The notes below the pieces were generated by a model, which ran no database searches, was not told the DNA's origin, and saw nothing but the letters and a program-made list of their open reading frames with translations. Shown here in pieces: positions 23,018 to 33,964 of a DNA stretch of 61,948 nt. Position 1 is the stretch's first letter. Every line of letters starts with the position of its first letter. This DNA comes from a virus. The stretch lies in the IMG/VR virus record IMGVR_UViG_3300029778_000002; one strand, given 5' to 3'. Made by a program: the position numbers and the translations under genes.

Positions 23018-24421
23018 TTACGAACTGCTCAGGTTGCCCAGCAGCTGGTTCAGGAAACTGATGATCGCCTGTGCGATCGTCCATACGCTGTCCATGGCCT
23101 GCTTCTGCACCTGCTGTTTGGTCAGCTTCTCGGGGGTCAGACCAAAGGTGAACTGCTTCTCGTTGGGCGCATCCAGCGGCAGCTTCAGCTTGGTGCACAC
23201 CAGCCACTTGTCGATCTCGTGGGGGCTGGAGATGATGTGGGTCTTGATCAGAAATCCCAGTCGGTCATTGCTTTCCCCGCTGTCAACCCGGTCGTAAGCG
23301 GTCAGGGTCATCACAGGCTCGATGCTCTGCTTGTACCCCTTCAGCTCGGTCTGTGCTTCTTTGCGCAGGTTGTCGTTGTTCGTGTTGCCATCGACCTGGA
23401 TGCACTTCTCAATGATGCCGTACTTTGCTTCTGCCGCCTCGTCCCGCACCGTTTCCGAGATCGCGCTCACGGTGGTCGTCTTGAAGATCCACCATCCGCT
23501 GGTGGTCGTCTGGGTGCCGTATGCGGTCACACGGGTCACCACGTCGCTGGACATCTGCTCCACATAGCTGAAATCCAGCAGGTTCACGCCATATTCAATG
23601 GTCTGTGTCGTGGTGGCATCCGTTTCCACGAGGTAATCGATGTACACCCGCCATACCGCAGTGCCGTTGTCTGCCCGCACGATCCGTGTCCGCAGGTATC
23701 CGTCGTATTCTTCCAGCAAAAAGGTGTTCAGCAGGCTCCACTGGCTCTCGAACAGGGTTCCCTTGCTGGAGGTGTCAATGGTGCGCCCGGGCTGGATGTT
23801 CACCTTCCCGATGCCAAAGGTCCCGTAAGGCCCCTGATAGTAGTCCTTCAACGCCTGCGTTGCAAGGTAGAAGATGCTGTTGGAGGGCACGCTCGACCAC
23901 TGCTCCATCGGGTTGTCGGTGGTCAGGTAGTAGGTTCCGCCATTCACTTTCGGCACAAATCGCTGGAGATATCCCAGCACGCCCTCGGCATACAGCTTGT
24001 AGCTCAGGTCAAACAGCTTTTCTGTCTCGGTCACGTAACCCAGCCAGATCGGTTTGCCGTCCTCTTCCACCACCAGCCACGTTTTCTCATACTTCAGGGT
24101 GGTGTACACGGGGTTCTTGTAGCTGCCGAATGCCGTGTTGATCTGATACGGAATGGTCGCCTCAAAGCTGCCGAACTCGTTTTTGGCCAGGTTCAGCACC
24201 GGGTCTTCGAGGAATCGGTTGGAAACGCTTCCCTCTATCGTGTCGCCCTGGGAATCAAAGATACACTCCCGGGTGTCCCACTGGAACCCCAGAGCACTCG
24301 TGCCGTTAAAGGTCTCCGTCTTCTTTGAGATGGTTCCCGCATAAACTTGATATCCGATGGCTCCTCCCTCCTTTCTGCATCCATTTTGAAATTTCGCAAT
24401 AGCGCTAATCGTCCAGTGCAA
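23018..24421 (-). CDS. Tail-associated (Tal / minor structural) protein (467 aa)
   Basis: Position after Dit and its size. The start is uncertain: TTG 24421 abuts its SD, and a strong GGAGGGAGG sits 50 nt downstream in frame without a canonical start. Confidence 0.6.
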   Translation of the reverse strand: MHWTISAIAKFQNGCRKEGGAIGYQVYAGTISKKTETFNGTSALGFQWDTRECIFDSQGDTIEGSVSNRFLEDPVLNLAKNEFGSFEATIPYQINTAFGSYKNPVYTTLKYEKTWLVVEEDGKPIWLGYVTETEKLFDLSYKLYAEGVLGYLQRFVPKVNGGTYYLTTDNPMEQWSSVPSNSIFYLATQALKDYYQGPYGTFGIGKVNIQPGRTIDTSSKGTLFESQWSLLNTFLLEEYDGYLRTRIVRADNGTAVWRVYIDYLVETDATTTQTIEYGVNLLDFSYVEQMSSDVVTRVTAYGTQTTTSGWWIFKTTTVSAISETVRDEAAEAKYGIIEKCIQVDGNTNNDNLRKEAQTELKGYKQSIEPVMTLTAYDRVDSGESNDRLGFLIKTHIISSPHEIDKWLVCTKLKLPLDAPNEKQFTFGLTPEKLTKQQVQKQAMDSVWTIAQAIISFLNQLLGNLSSS

Positions 24422-24493
24422 CCTTCACGCCATGCCAAGGGCTCCCCTAGTAGGGGAGCTGGCGAGCGAAGCGAGACTGAGAGGTTTAATCCG

Positions 24494-25336
24494 TCATAAG
24501 TACGCTGGCTGGTAATACAGGTTGAGTGTCCCCTCACCCATCAAGCCGGACACCCACACTTCGTACACGTCGTATCGCAGATCGTTGTCGATCAGGCCGA
24601 TGTCCACCTTTCCCATGCCCTCGTCCAGCTGAGGCATAATGGGCGAATCTGTCACCGCCGGAAGCCCCAGTTCCTTCGCTTTGTCGTAAGGGTAGGTCTG
24701 GCTCTTTGCCAGTGTAACCCCCACCAAACCGCCACCGGTCCATTTTGCTTGCAGCAGGCTCGGTTTTTCGCTGGGCGGCATCCGGAAGGTCTTGGTCTGG
24801 AGTGCCTTGATGGGGATGTCCTTGCAGTAGGGCACGGCCAGATCGGTCTCAAACCCAAAGGTATCCCACACCCAGTCCTCCTGAATGTTGTCGTACAGGA
24901 ACTTGAACGGGTAAAGGCTGTAAGCAAAGGTCACGACGCTGTGTCCGTTCTTCTGCTTGATGCCCCCGTTCACCCAGACACGCCCCAGATAAAAGAACGC
25001 CGGGTCATCCTCCAGCCGCACCCTGGTCTGTGCCGGGATCGAGTTGCTCTTCGCCAGCGCTCTGGAAAGATACTCCAGCGCTCCGGTTCCTACAGGGGTC
25101 GAAAGGTTCTGCCCTCGCCACTCGTCCGTGTCCAGATAAAACTCCCAGCTTCCCTCCCGGGCCTTGAATACCGGATAACCCGTCAGGCTCTTGGAAAGGT
25201 AGGTGGTTCCGTCTCGTCCGGGTACGTCCACGGAAAGGACTTTCTCCACCGGGGGAGCCACCACAGGCCGGGAGACCGGGATCATCTTCCAGTCATCCCA
25301 GGTGTTCTTGTCACCAATGGTGATGGAATGGTACAT
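24494..25336 (-). CDS. Distal tail protein (Dit family, 280 aa)
   Basis: AGGAGGAG SD. MYHSITIGDKNTWDDW...GSWEFYL...DDPAFFYLGRV is typical of the siphovirus tail-component family. Confidence 0.6.
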   Translation of the reverse strand: MYHSITIGDKNTWDDWKMIPVSRPVVAPPVEKVLSVDVPGRDGTTYLSKSLTGYPVFKAREGSWEFYLDTDEWRGQNLSTPVGTGALEYLSRALAKSNSIPAQTRVRLEDDPAFFYLGRVWVNGGIKQKNGHSVVTFAYSLYPFKFLYDNIQEDWVWDTFGFETDLAVPYCKDIPIKALQTKTFRMPPSEKPSLLQAKWTGGGLVGVTLAKSQTYPYDKAKELGLPAVTDSPIMPQLDEGMGKVDIGLIDNDLRYDVYEVWVSGLMGEGTLNLYYQPAYL

Positions 25337-25345
25337 GGCTCCTCC

Positions 25346-25966
25346 TTAACTCAGCATGTCGGCAGGCGGCTGGAAGTCATAGGAGATGGTCAGCGTCACC
25401 CGTCCGTCGTTGCCGTTCTTGACGTTGCTGATCCAGCAGCGCCCTTTGTAGCTTCTCGTCTGCGCGGTGGAGAGCACGGTTCCGCCCAGCTCCATCCGCA
25501 CCTCGCATTCTCTTCCCTGAATGATCCGCATCAGCCGGAAATAGGTGCTTGTCCAGTCACCTTCCCGGCTCGACCAGTCTGGGTAAAGCTGAATGCTCTG
25601 TTCGGTCTTGTCGGGGATGCCGCATCGCTCCCGCACATCGTCCATGGCATGCCGTCCGTAGTCATCCCAGCTGGAATGTGGTACGCCGTCCGCCACGTAA
25701 TAAAAGTCCCAGCTCCCGGTCGAGTTCTGGAACACCCTCTTTCCCAGCGGAGCCTTTTCCGGCGTGCCGTGGTAGGAAGGAAAATCCATCGTCTCGTATT
25801 TTTCCTCAAAGGCATTGACATGCAGGGGGTTCAGGGGGACCAGGTTGAAGTCTCTCGTGCTGTATTCCCGGGAAGCCCCTGCATTGTCATATACCTTAAA
25901 AATAAGCCCCGCAAATGTGGGGATCTGTGAGGAAAGCGCCGGGTCAGTTGCGCTCCGTCCCATCAT
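25346..25966 (-). CDS. Tail component, Dit-like paralog (206 aa)
   Basis: ATGA overlap with the tape-measure stop. GSWDFYYV and GRCWISNV blocks parallel the following Dit. Confidence 0.5.
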   Translation of the reverse strand: MMGRSATDPALSSQIPTFAGLIFKVYDNAGASREYSTRDFNLVPLNPLHVNAFEEKYETMDFPSYHGTPEKAPLGKRVFQNSTGSWDFYYVADGVPHSSWDDYGRHAMDDVRERCGIPDKTEQSIQLYPDWSSREGDWTSTYFRLMRIIQGRECEVRMELGGTVLSTAQTRSYKGRCWISNVKNGNDGRVTLTISYDFQPPADMLS

Positions 25967-28900
25967 CGGTTATTCCTCCGGTTGATCTTCCCCAGCCCCT
26001 CGTCCACGTCGTTGATGATCTCGCCCACCAGTTTCCGGCCGTTCATCTGGACCTTCATGTTGGCCACGGCCCGGGCAATGCTGTCGATGTGCTCGCCCAG
26101 TGCCTCCACGCTCGAAACGATGTCGGCGTTGGGGTTTGCCTTCTGGTCAACCTTGTTGGCCTCTTCCTGCTGGGCCTTGGTCACCTCGGCTCTGCGCACC
26201 ACGTTGGCGGCAAGGCCTGCGGTGCGCTCTGCATTCAGGGCGACCGTGCCGTTCTGGAACAGGGTGTCGTTCAGCCAGTCCACTCCATTTTGAACGTCGC
26301 TCATGTCCACTACGGGCTGGATGCTGGGCTCATACTCGAAGTCGTCGCTGGCAATGTCGCCCACACGCTGGGCCAGATCCATCATGGTGGAAAGGGCTGT
26401 GTCGCTCACGTCCTGTACGCCCTGCACCACGGAGCCGGTCTCGTCGGTGATGCCCTGCGCCAAACCAAGGCTCAGGTATTCGCCAATGCCCGCCATCACG
26501 CGGCTGGGGGAATGGATGCCAAAGAAGTCGCAGAATCCGTCCACGATACTGCTGCCGAAGTCGCAGATGCCGTTCCACACCGCACCCGCCGCGCCGGTAA
26601 TGCCCTGCCACAGGCCGGAAATCAGGTTTCCGCCCACGTCCACCAGACCTTTGAAGCCGTTGCTGATCCAGTCCCACAGGTGCGAGAAGGCATTTCCCAG
26701 CCAGTCAAAGAACCCACTGAAGAACTCGCTCACCTGATCCCAGTTGGCGATCAGCAGTCCGCCGCCAGCGATGGCTGCGCCAATGAGCCAGCCTTCGGGG
26801 CCAATGGAGCCCAGCACACTCACCAGAGTGCCGCCCAGTTCTCCCAGACCGCCAAGTAATCCACCGGAGCCGGTGATCATCTCGCCGATGCTGCCAAGGC
26901 CGCCCAGTGCTTCTCCCAGCAGTCCCGTGCCGCCCGTGGCAGAGCCCAGCAGGCCGCTCATGTTGCCCAGGATGCTGCCAAGGTTCTCGGTCACGCCGGT
27001 CACCTTGACCACCTGGCCCATCACCTTCAGGGTACCGCCGCCTTGCGCCAGCGCACTGAAGGCTTTGGGCAGTCCCAGCAGAGCGTTCATACCCTTGCTC
27101 ATCATCAGGCGGCCGAACTCCGTGCCCATAAAGTCCAGCACGGTGGTAATGCCGCCGGTCACTGCCCCGCCCCAGTCACCGCTCACAAGGGCGGTAATGG
27201 TGCCAAAGAGGTCGGTGATCACTTCGGTCACGCCGTCCTTGGTGGCCACGCCAAAGGCTCTGCTGAGCTTCGAGGCCATTTCCGGGGCGCTCTTCTGCAC
27301 CTGTGCCCAGACGCTGTTGAAGCCCTCTTGAATGGGCCGCCAGTTCTTCGAGATGGAGTAGCCCAGCTGCATCATCATCCGCTTGCCGGAGTCGTCCAGC
27401 TCAAAGGCATCCGCCAGATTTTCTGCAAAGCCCACAAAGCTGTACTGTTCGCTTTGCAGGTCTGCCAGTGCGTCCAGTGCGGTCTCGCTGTTCTTGCCAA
27501 ACTTCTTCACAGCCTCGTCGTACTTCAGCTGCTTGTTCGTTACCTTCTTCAGGCTGTAGCTCATGCTGTCCAGTGCCGTGCCCACGCCGATGATGGCGGT
27601 CATGGTGCCCTGGGTGGCGGCTTTCCGTGCCTGGGCGCTGTCGGCTCCGTATTGTTCCACCGCAGCCTTGTAAGCGTCCTCCCGGCCCGCAAGGTCCCCG
27701 TCGCCGTAGAGCTTAGCCAGCATGTTCTGCCGGTTGGTCACCAGCTTCTCCTGCTTTTCCAGGTAGGAGACCTTGCTGTCGTAGGCATCCAGCTGGGCCT
27801 GATTCAGCTCGTTGATGAGCTTCTGCTGCTCGGTCTGTGCCTCCAGATACTGCTGGTAGGCCGCCTGGGTCTTCTGGCTTGCCTCGCCGAACTCGTTTTT
27901 GATGGCGATGTAGTCCTTCTCGGTGGCCAGCAGGATCTCCGCCTGGTTCTTGATTTTCCGGTTGATGTAGTCGATCTTCTTGTTGGACTTCTCGGTCACC
28001 TCGGCGCTGTCCTCGTACAGGGCGCTCCAAAGCTCGTATTCGTCCTCCGCGGTCTTGGCATCGGTCTCGTACCGCTCCTGAATGACCTTCAGGATGCTGT
28101 CCTGCTTGCTTCTCTGAAGCTCCGCAAGGGTCTTCTGCTCGCTCAGCAGGGTGCCGTATGCATCTTTCGTCTTGCTGTTGTTCGCGCCCACCTTGGCCAG
28201 CAGGGTGTCGTACTGCTCTTTTGCAATGGCCACCCGTTTGGTCTGGAGCTCGATCTCCTTTGTCAGGCTCTCGGTCTTTTTGGTGATAAGTTCTTCCACC
28301 GTGGCCGTGTCGCCGCCCGTCACTTCCCACAGCGCGTATTCGCCGGTTGCGTTGGACATCTCGGTCTTGTTGGCCTTCAGCTGGTCGGAGAATGCACTTG
28401 TCAGCGTGTCTGCCAGTGACTTACCGGCCTTGGAGGCTTTGGACTTAGTGGTGCCGCCGCCCGCTCCGTCCAGTGCATCATCCACGGCGTTCTGGTACCA
28501 ACTGCTCAGGATGCCGTATGGGTTCTTCAGATTCTTCTGCGCATCCGCATTTCCCTGTTTTGCGCCTGCAATCTCGGCCTTCGTTGCGTTCCGGCTGCTG
28601 CCTGCTCTCTTCATGCCTGTCTTTCCGGGGATCACAATGGTATCGTCCATGGCATCGCTGAAATCGTTCATCGCGCCGGACAGCCCATTTTGATACAGCA
28701 GATTGCCGGGATGCAGACTGCTCTGCTTGAACGCGTCATAAAGTTCCGGCATCTTCTTCTGGATGGCAATAACGGTCTCGTCCATGGCCTGAAGGACACC
28801 GTCTTTCATCACCAATGCGCCAGAATAACTCGCCTGCCGCAGCTCGTCCTGTTTCGTCTTGTCGCCAATGCCCAGGATCGCACCCTCAAGGATGTTCTCC

Positions 28901-31900
28901 GCGTCGCTGGCTGCAACGTCACTGGGCGAATGGATGCCCCAGAAGGTGGTGAAGACATTCCGGATGGAGGTCGCCGCGTGCAGCATGTTGGCCTTGGCCT
29001 GCGCCAGTGCACTGGGGTCTGCAATGCCTTGTGCCAATCCCAACGTGATGTATTGGCCGATCTGCGCCATGACCTTGGACGGAGAATGGGTGTCGAAGGC
29101 CGTTTTGCTGGTATCAATTACGGCGTTTGCAACCTCTTCGGAAGCGTCCGTCGCATCTTTCTTGCCTTCGAGTTGGCCTTTTGCCACGCCTTCGCTTGCA
29201 TTTTTGCCAACGCCTGTGAACAGCTGGTAAAATCCGGCCGTCACGGAATTGCCATTCTTCAGTTCATCCAGAATATCTGCGAAAGGCAGTACAAAAGTCT
29301 GGGCCGAAACACCTTTGTCCTGTCCGCCCCAGTTTTTCGGATCAAGCGGATTGTGGTTTCCAGCCCATGTTGTAAACTTTGCCCATAGATCATTCAGTGC
29401 AGGCTCGATCTTTTCCCAGACATACGCTGTCAGGCTGACCACCGTATCAATAACAGTCGTCCCCAACACATACAATACCTGGCCGATTGCCGGAGCTGCC
29501 AGAATGATTGCATCGCAGAGGGCCTTGATGATCTTCGCAATGGAAGTCACCAGGCTGCTGGCAACCTCACCCAATCCCTCAAAAATACCGGCAATGAACT
29601 CAACCAGCATCCATGCCACGGCCTTAATGCCGTTCAAAAATACCTGGAAGTTCAGGCTATTCAGCAAACTCAGGCTGGATGCCAGATTACTGATGAACGT
29701 GGATGCCGAAGTCAGTGCCAGCAGTGCACCAAGGCTCAGTGCCAGCGCACTCAGAGAAAGACTCAGTGCTACGATTACCGGAGTCACAGGAGCCAGGATC
29801 ACTGCCGCACCGCCCATCACAACAAACGCACCGATGAGCGTCAACAGCCCTTTGCCGATGGTCTCCCAGCTCAGATTACCCAGACCCTGCAATGCAGGAA
29901 CCAGCAGATTCACTGCCGCAGCCATCATGGTCAGGCTGATTGCACTGCCGATGGTGCCTTTCGACAGATTCAGTGCTACTACAAATGCTGCAAGGCCTCC
30001 CGCCACCGCAGTAAGCCCACGGCCAATGGATTCCCAGTCCATTTCACCGAATTTTGCAACGGCATCCTGAAGGATCTCCATGGATGCAGCCATCAGTACA
30101 AAGCCAGTACCCTTCCCAATGCCGAATTTCGTGCCATTCATCAACTTGGCGGCGACCACCAGCTCGGCGCACAGTGCTCCCACTCCGGCAATCCCCTTAG
30201 CAAGTGCTGTCACGCTCAGGCCGCCTAAGGCTTTTACACTGACTGCCAGGATACGGATGCCTGCCGCAAAAGCGATCATGCCCGCAGCACCCTTGGTGAA
30301 CCGCCCTCCATCTCTTGAGAGAATGACTGCAACTAATGTCAGCTCTGCCATCACGCCGCCAAGTGCCACCACACTGCCGAGCAGCTTGTCGGAATCAATG
30401 GACGAAATAACTTTCAGTGCACCCGAGAGCACCAGCACCGCAGCCGAGACAGCCACCATACCACCGGCCAAAACGCTCAGCTTCAGGCTTTGAACATTCT
30501 TCGTCAGATGGGTCATAACGGCCATCACGCCCAGCAGTTCGCCGAATGCGACCGTCAGTACGCCAATGGCCGCACCAAGTCGATCTGCTTTCACCATGGA
30601 GAGAACAGCCAGTGAACCGGCCATCAATGCCACAGCCTTTGCAATCGTCATCAGGGTGTCTGCCTTCTTGGCTGATTTCCACGCATCGATTGCTTCGCCC
30701 AGAGATTCGATGCAGTTTTTGATGCCGCCGACCACATCCTTTGCACTGGAACCGATGGACTTGATGCTTTCAAAGAACCCCTTGAGGGAGACCAACATAC
30801 TGGCTCCCATGCCGCCCAGAATAAACTGATTCAGTTTCTCTGGGTCAAATTCATTGAATGCTTCTTTCGCACCCTGTGCAAGCTGTGCAAAGATCTTGTC
30901 CGCAACAGAGCCAAAAGAATAAAGCACCGGAGCAGCCGCATCCACAAAATTGGTCACCCAAGTACCAATGGTATCCAGCGGGTGAATCCCTTTCGTGATC
31001 TCCGAAGCAAATTCACCGGCAGCCGATGCCGCATCCAGCAGAATATCGGCCAAAGGCTTTGTCAGGTTCAGAACCCGTGCCACACCAGAAATGATACCTT
31101 CCAGAATATCTTTCCCGACTCGCAAAACAGAGAATACGCCCTCTGCGGTTGTCTTGATCTTCTTGGCCGTATCATCACTGATGATAAGCTTCTTTGTGAT
31201 GCTGTCTAGCCATTGTGCAAAGCTCTTGATCTCCTCGCCTGTCTTTGGCGGGAAAATATCTTGAAATGCCTCATGGATGGGCTTCACTATGGCACTCACT
31301 GCATCCATCAGGTTCCACAGGCTCTGCATCAGATGCTCTCGTCCCGAGAGTTCCCGGATCTGTTTCGAGTATCCTTCCAGATCAAGCGTTCCATTTTGAA
31401 CCTTTTGATTCAGTTCTTCAAATGCGCTCGCCTGTTTCTCAATTTCTTCCCGCTCAAGCCCTCGCGCCTTCAATTCGGCATCGCTCAGGGTCAGCATCTT
31501 CTCTGCACTTGCCTGTGCTTCATCCAGGCCTTTTTTCAAAAGATCTGCACTGATGCCTCCCTGTTTGATGGCTTCGCCAAAACTACCTGCATCGGAGATC
31601 TGCTTTTCAGTGATCGCACCGGAAGCCAGTGCCACCTGCTCCATGGTATACGCATACACGTCTGCCTGATCGCCCAGCTCATTTTCAAGCAGTTTATTCC
31701 ATCCGCTGTTCAGTCCGTCCTTCAGCCGTTCGTTCAGCCCGTCGATGCTGGGCACGAAAATGTCGTACAGCCGGTCTGAAAGCTCCGTCCAGGTCTCGGT
31801 GGCCTCTTCCTTGTTGCCAAAGAAGGTCTCGAAGACTTTCATCCAGGAAGAGCTGACCGCGTCCTTGGTGGAATCAATGGCCTGTCCAAAACTGGTTGCC

Positions 31901-32844
31901 TGCTGGGCCGCCAGTGCCGCACGTTCTGCCAGTTCACCGTATTGACCGCTCAGCTTTTCAAGGGCCTCGGAGCTGGTCATGCCCGGGTTCTTCTGGGTCA
32001 GCTCATAGGCCGCCTCCATCATGGAAGCATACTTTGCGAAGGTCTTTTCCATGACCTCAGTGTTGGCCCACTTCTTCTGCAGGCTCGACTCAAAGCTGGC
32101 GATGGTCACCTCGCCCTTTTTCAGAGTGCCCAGCTCCACCGCTGTGTCAATGAGCTCCTGCTTCAGGGCCTTGGTGGCCGTACCCATCAGGTTCAGGCTC
32201 TTCCAGTCCTGAAGCTGCAAATGTCCGGCGCTGTAGCTCTGGGTCAGGTTCCGGATGGTGCTCTGGAACGCAAAGCCCGTTTTGCCCGCGTCTGCGGTGG
32301 CGTTGGCAATGCCCATGATCATGGGGATCATCTTGTCGATGTTGCCGCCCGCAGCCGTCATCTGGGAAAGGGCGCTGGTCATCTCGCTGAAGCTGTAGCT
32401 GGTCTCATCGGAGTACCACATCAGCTTGTTCAGGTAGCCGTTCACCTGATCGATGCTCTTGCCCGTGGCGTTCATGATGGTCTGAACGTTGGAGGTCTTT
32501 TCGGTGTACTTGTCCCAGCCGCTGGCCACCTGATCGATGGACAGGCTCTTGACCAGCTTCTCGCCCGCGTCCACAAATTTGTTGGTGATGTTCACCAGCG
32601 CCGTGGTGGCCACGATGTTCAGGCTCGAGAACTTGGATTCCAGCCGGTCAAGGCTCGTCTGCATGGTGGCAAAGTCCACGTTCTCCGCGGCTGCGTCCAG
32701 CTTCTCAAAGCCCTTTTCCGCTCCCTTAAACTGGAGCTTCTCCATCAGCCGGTCAATGGTCAAGATGGTCTGCTTGGTATTTTTCTCAAAATTTGCGTTG
32801 TCAAACCGCATTTCAACAACGCGGCTGTCTACTTCCTGGCTCAT
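25963..32844 (-). CDS. Tape measure protein (2293 aa)
   Basis: Start at ATG 32844 (ATGA overlap, GAGG SD). Huge Ala/Gly/Leu-rich protein with a central hydrophobic glycine-zipper segment, in the canonical position. Confidence 0.9.
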   Translation of the reverse strand: MSQEVDSRVVEMRFDNANFEKNTKQTILTIDRLMEKLQFKGAEKGFEKLDAAAENVDFATMQTSLDRLESKFSSLNIVATTALVNITNKFVDAGEKLVKSLSIDQVASGWDKYTEKTSNVQTIMNATGKSIDQVNGYLNKLMWYSDETSYSFSEMTSALSQMTAAGGNIDKMIPMIMGIANATADAGKTGFAFQSTIRNLTQSYSAGHLQLQDWKSLNLMGTATKALKQELIDTAVELGTLKKGEVTIASFESSLQKKWANTEVMEKTFAKYASMMEAAYELTQKNPGMTSSEALEKLSGQYGELAERAALAAQQATSFGQAIDSTKDAVSSSWMKVFETFFGNKEEATETWTELSDRLYDIFVPSIDGLNERLKDGLNSGWNKLLENELGDQADVYAYTMEQVALASGAITEKQISDAGSFGEAIKQGGISADLLKKGLDEAQASAEKMLTLSDAELKARGLEREEIEKQASAFEELNQKVQNGTLDLEGYSKQIRELSGREHLMQSLWNLMDAVSAIVKPIHEAFQDIFPPKTGEEIKSFAQWLDSITKKLIISDDTAKKIKTTAEGVFSVLRVGKDILEGIISGVARVLNLTKPLADILLDAASAAGEFASEITKGIHPLDTIGTWVTNFVDAAAPVLYSFGSVADKIFAQLAQGAKEAFNEFDPEKLNQFILGGMGASMLVSLKGFFESIKSIGSSAKDVVGGIKNCIESLGEAIDAWKSAKKADTLMTIAKAVALMAGSLAVLSMVKADRLGAAIGVLTVAFGELLGVMAVMTHLTKNVQSLKLSVLAGGMVAVSAAVLVLSGALKVISSIDSDKLLGSVVALGGVMAELTLVAVILSRDGGRFTKGAAGMIAFAAGIRILAVSVKALGGLSVTALAKGIAGVGALCAELVVAAKLMNGTKFGIGKGTGFVLMAASMEILQDAVAKFGEMDWESIGRGLTAVAGGLAAFVVALNLSKGTIGSAISLTMMAAAVNLLVPALQGLGNLSWETIGKGLLTLIGAFVVMGGAAVILAPVTPVIVALSLSLSALALSLGALLALTSASTFISNLASSLSLLNSLNFQVFLNGIKAVAWMLVEFIAGIFEGLGEVASSLVTSIAKIIKALCDAIILAAPAIGQVLYVLGTTVIDTVVSLTAYVWEKIEPALNDLWAKFTTWAGNHNPLDPKNWGGQDKGVSAQTFVLPFADILDELKNGNSVTAGFYQLFTGVGKNASEGVAKGQLEGKKDATDASEEVANAVIDTSKTAFDTHSPSKVMAQIGQYITLGLAQGIADPSALAQAKANMLHAATSIRNVFTTFWGIHSPSDVAASDAENILEGAILGIGDKTKQDELRQASYSGALVMKDGVLQAMDETVIAIQKKMPELYDAFKQSSLHPGNLLYQNGLSGAMNDFSDAMDDTIVIPGKTGMKRAGSSRNATKAEIAGAKQGNADAQKNLKNPYGILSSWYQNAVDDALDGAGGGTTKSKASKAGKSLADTLTSAFSDQLKANKTEMSNATGEYALWEVTGGDTATVEELITKKTESLTKEIELQTKRVAIAKEQYDTLLAKVGANNSKTKDAYGTLLSEQKTLAELQRSKQDSILKVIQERYETDAKTAEDEYELWSALYEDSAEVTEKSNKKIDYINRKIKNQAEILLATEKDYIAIKNEFGEASQKTQAAYQQYLEAQTEQQKLINELNQAQLDAYDSKVSYLEKQEKLVTNRQNMLAKLYGDGDLAGREDAYKAAVEQYGADSAQARKAATQGTMTAIIGVGTALDSMSYSLKKVTNKQLKYDEAVKKFGKNSETALDALADLQSEQYSFVGFAENLADAFELDDSGKRMMMQLGYSISKNWRPIQEGFNSVWAQVQKSAPEMASKLSRAFGVATKDGVTEVITDLFGTITALVSGDWGGAVTGGITTVLDFMGTEFGRLMMSKGMNALLGLPKAFSALAQGGGTLKVMGQVVKVTGVTENLGSILGNMSGLLGSATGGTGLLGEALGGLGSIGEMITGSGGLLGGLGELGGTLVSVLGSIGPEGWLIGAAIAGGGLLIANWDQVSEFFSGFFDWLGNAFSHLWDWISNGFKGLVDVGGNLISGLWQGITGAAGAVWNGICDFGSSIVDGFCDFFGIHSPSRVMAGIGEYLSLGLAQGITDETGSVVQGVQDVSDTALSTMMDLAQRVGDIASDDFEYEPSIQPVVDMSDVQNGVDWLNDTLFQNGTVALNAERTAGLAANVVRRAEVTKAQQEEANKVDQKANPNADIVSSVEALGEHIDSIARAVANMKVQMNGRKLVGEIINDVDEGLGKINRRNNR

Positions 32845-33227
32845 TCTGTCCTCACCTCGCCCCATGCCCGTGCTGCGATCCGCTCAAAAATGGGCCGCAT
32901 CGCAGGGTTGATATAATCCACGCCCTCTACGTATCCTCCGTTTCGTGTGCCGTGTCCGTATTGCAGGATCACCGCAATGGGCACACCGTCCACGATGTTG
33001 GAGTTTCTCCATGTAATGGCGATGCGCTCTTTTCCCTTGGTCACCGTGTAGCTCCAGCTTGCCGCCGTCTTTCCCGTGTCCTTCGGGGTTGCTTTTGCAA
33101 GGGCCTCCACGCCCTCCTGTCCGTATCGGTCCAGCAGCTCATCCAGGCTCAGGTTCGAGCATCGCTTCAAAAATTTCCGGCTCTTCTTCCAGTCGCCCTT
33201 CTGGCGAAAGACAATTACTTTTGGCAT
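32841..33227 (-). CDS. HK97 gp10-family neck/tail component (128 aa)
   Basis: The ...AKATPKDTGKTAASW...ILQYGHGTRNGGYVEGVDYINPAM pattern is gp10-like. Confidence 0.5.
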   Translation of the reverse strand: MPKVIVFRQKGDWKKSRKFLKRCSNLSLDELLDRYGQEGVEALAKATPKDTGKTAASWSYTVTKGKERIAITWRNSNIVDGVPIAVILQYGHGTRNGGYVEGVDYINPAMRPIFERIAARAWGEVRTE

Positions 33228-33228
33228 C

Positions 33229-33819
33229 TTACCCTCTCGTCTTCAGCCGGGCCTTTCTCTGCTCGTTCAGCATCCGCTGTTGAGCCATTCGGTCGCCCTT
33301 GCTCATCTTCTTCGCCGGTGCCTGGCTCTCCTGGCATACCCGGATCAGGGTCAACAATCGGTTCAAATGCCACTTCTCGCACTCTTTCGGAATGCCAAAG
33401 CTGAACATCTGGCAGTACAGCACCTCAGCCGTGGTCTCGGTCCCGCTTTTCCGGGGCGGTCGTTTTGGCCGGGGCTTTCCTGCGGTCTTTCGTTCGTTGG
33501 GTCTCGGCTCCCCGCTGAACCATGTTGCGGTCATGGGAGCTTCCATATATTCGTTAATGGAACGGTACTGTTCCCGGGTCAGTCTGGCGTACACTTCGGG
33601 GTCTACCCCCTTGGTCACCGTCATGCAGCGGATGTAGTCCAGCCACTGCTCCACGGTCAGCTTGTCCAGATTGCTCAGGAACGGGATGTTCCAGTTGCTT
33701 TCCCAATGAGCCAGGGAGAGTAGTGAATGTTCCAGCTTCAGGACCACGGCAGGCGTGTAGACAAATTCCTCTGTCTTTTCATTCCACCGCTGTTGTCCCG
33801 GTATCGTAAGCGTCATCAT
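33229..33819 (-). CDS. Putative tail assembly chaperone (Gp15-like, 196 aa)
   Basis: Lies between the major tail and tape measure genes, with a basic C-terminal tail. Confidence 0.45.
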   Translation of the reverse strand: MMTLTIPGQQRWNEKTEEFVYTPAVVLKLEHSLLSLAHWESNWNIPFLSNLDKLTVEQWLDYIRCMTVTKGVDPEVYARLTREQYRSINEYMEAPMTATWFSGEPRPNERKTAGKPRPKRPPRKSGTETTAEVLYCQMFSFGIPKECEKWHLNRLLTLIRVCQESQAPAKKMSKGDRMAQQRMLNEQRKARLKTRG

Positions 33820-33964
33820 TTGCTTTCTCTCCCTGGTATGTGTTCATTGAGGTGCCCTTCTCAGAGCACGCTCCATTTTGAATACTCTTCTAAACAGAGC
33901 TCGCCTCTTTGGGGAGCTCTGCGACGCGCCGCCCTTTGGCGGACGGAGCGGTAAGAGGGGCATG

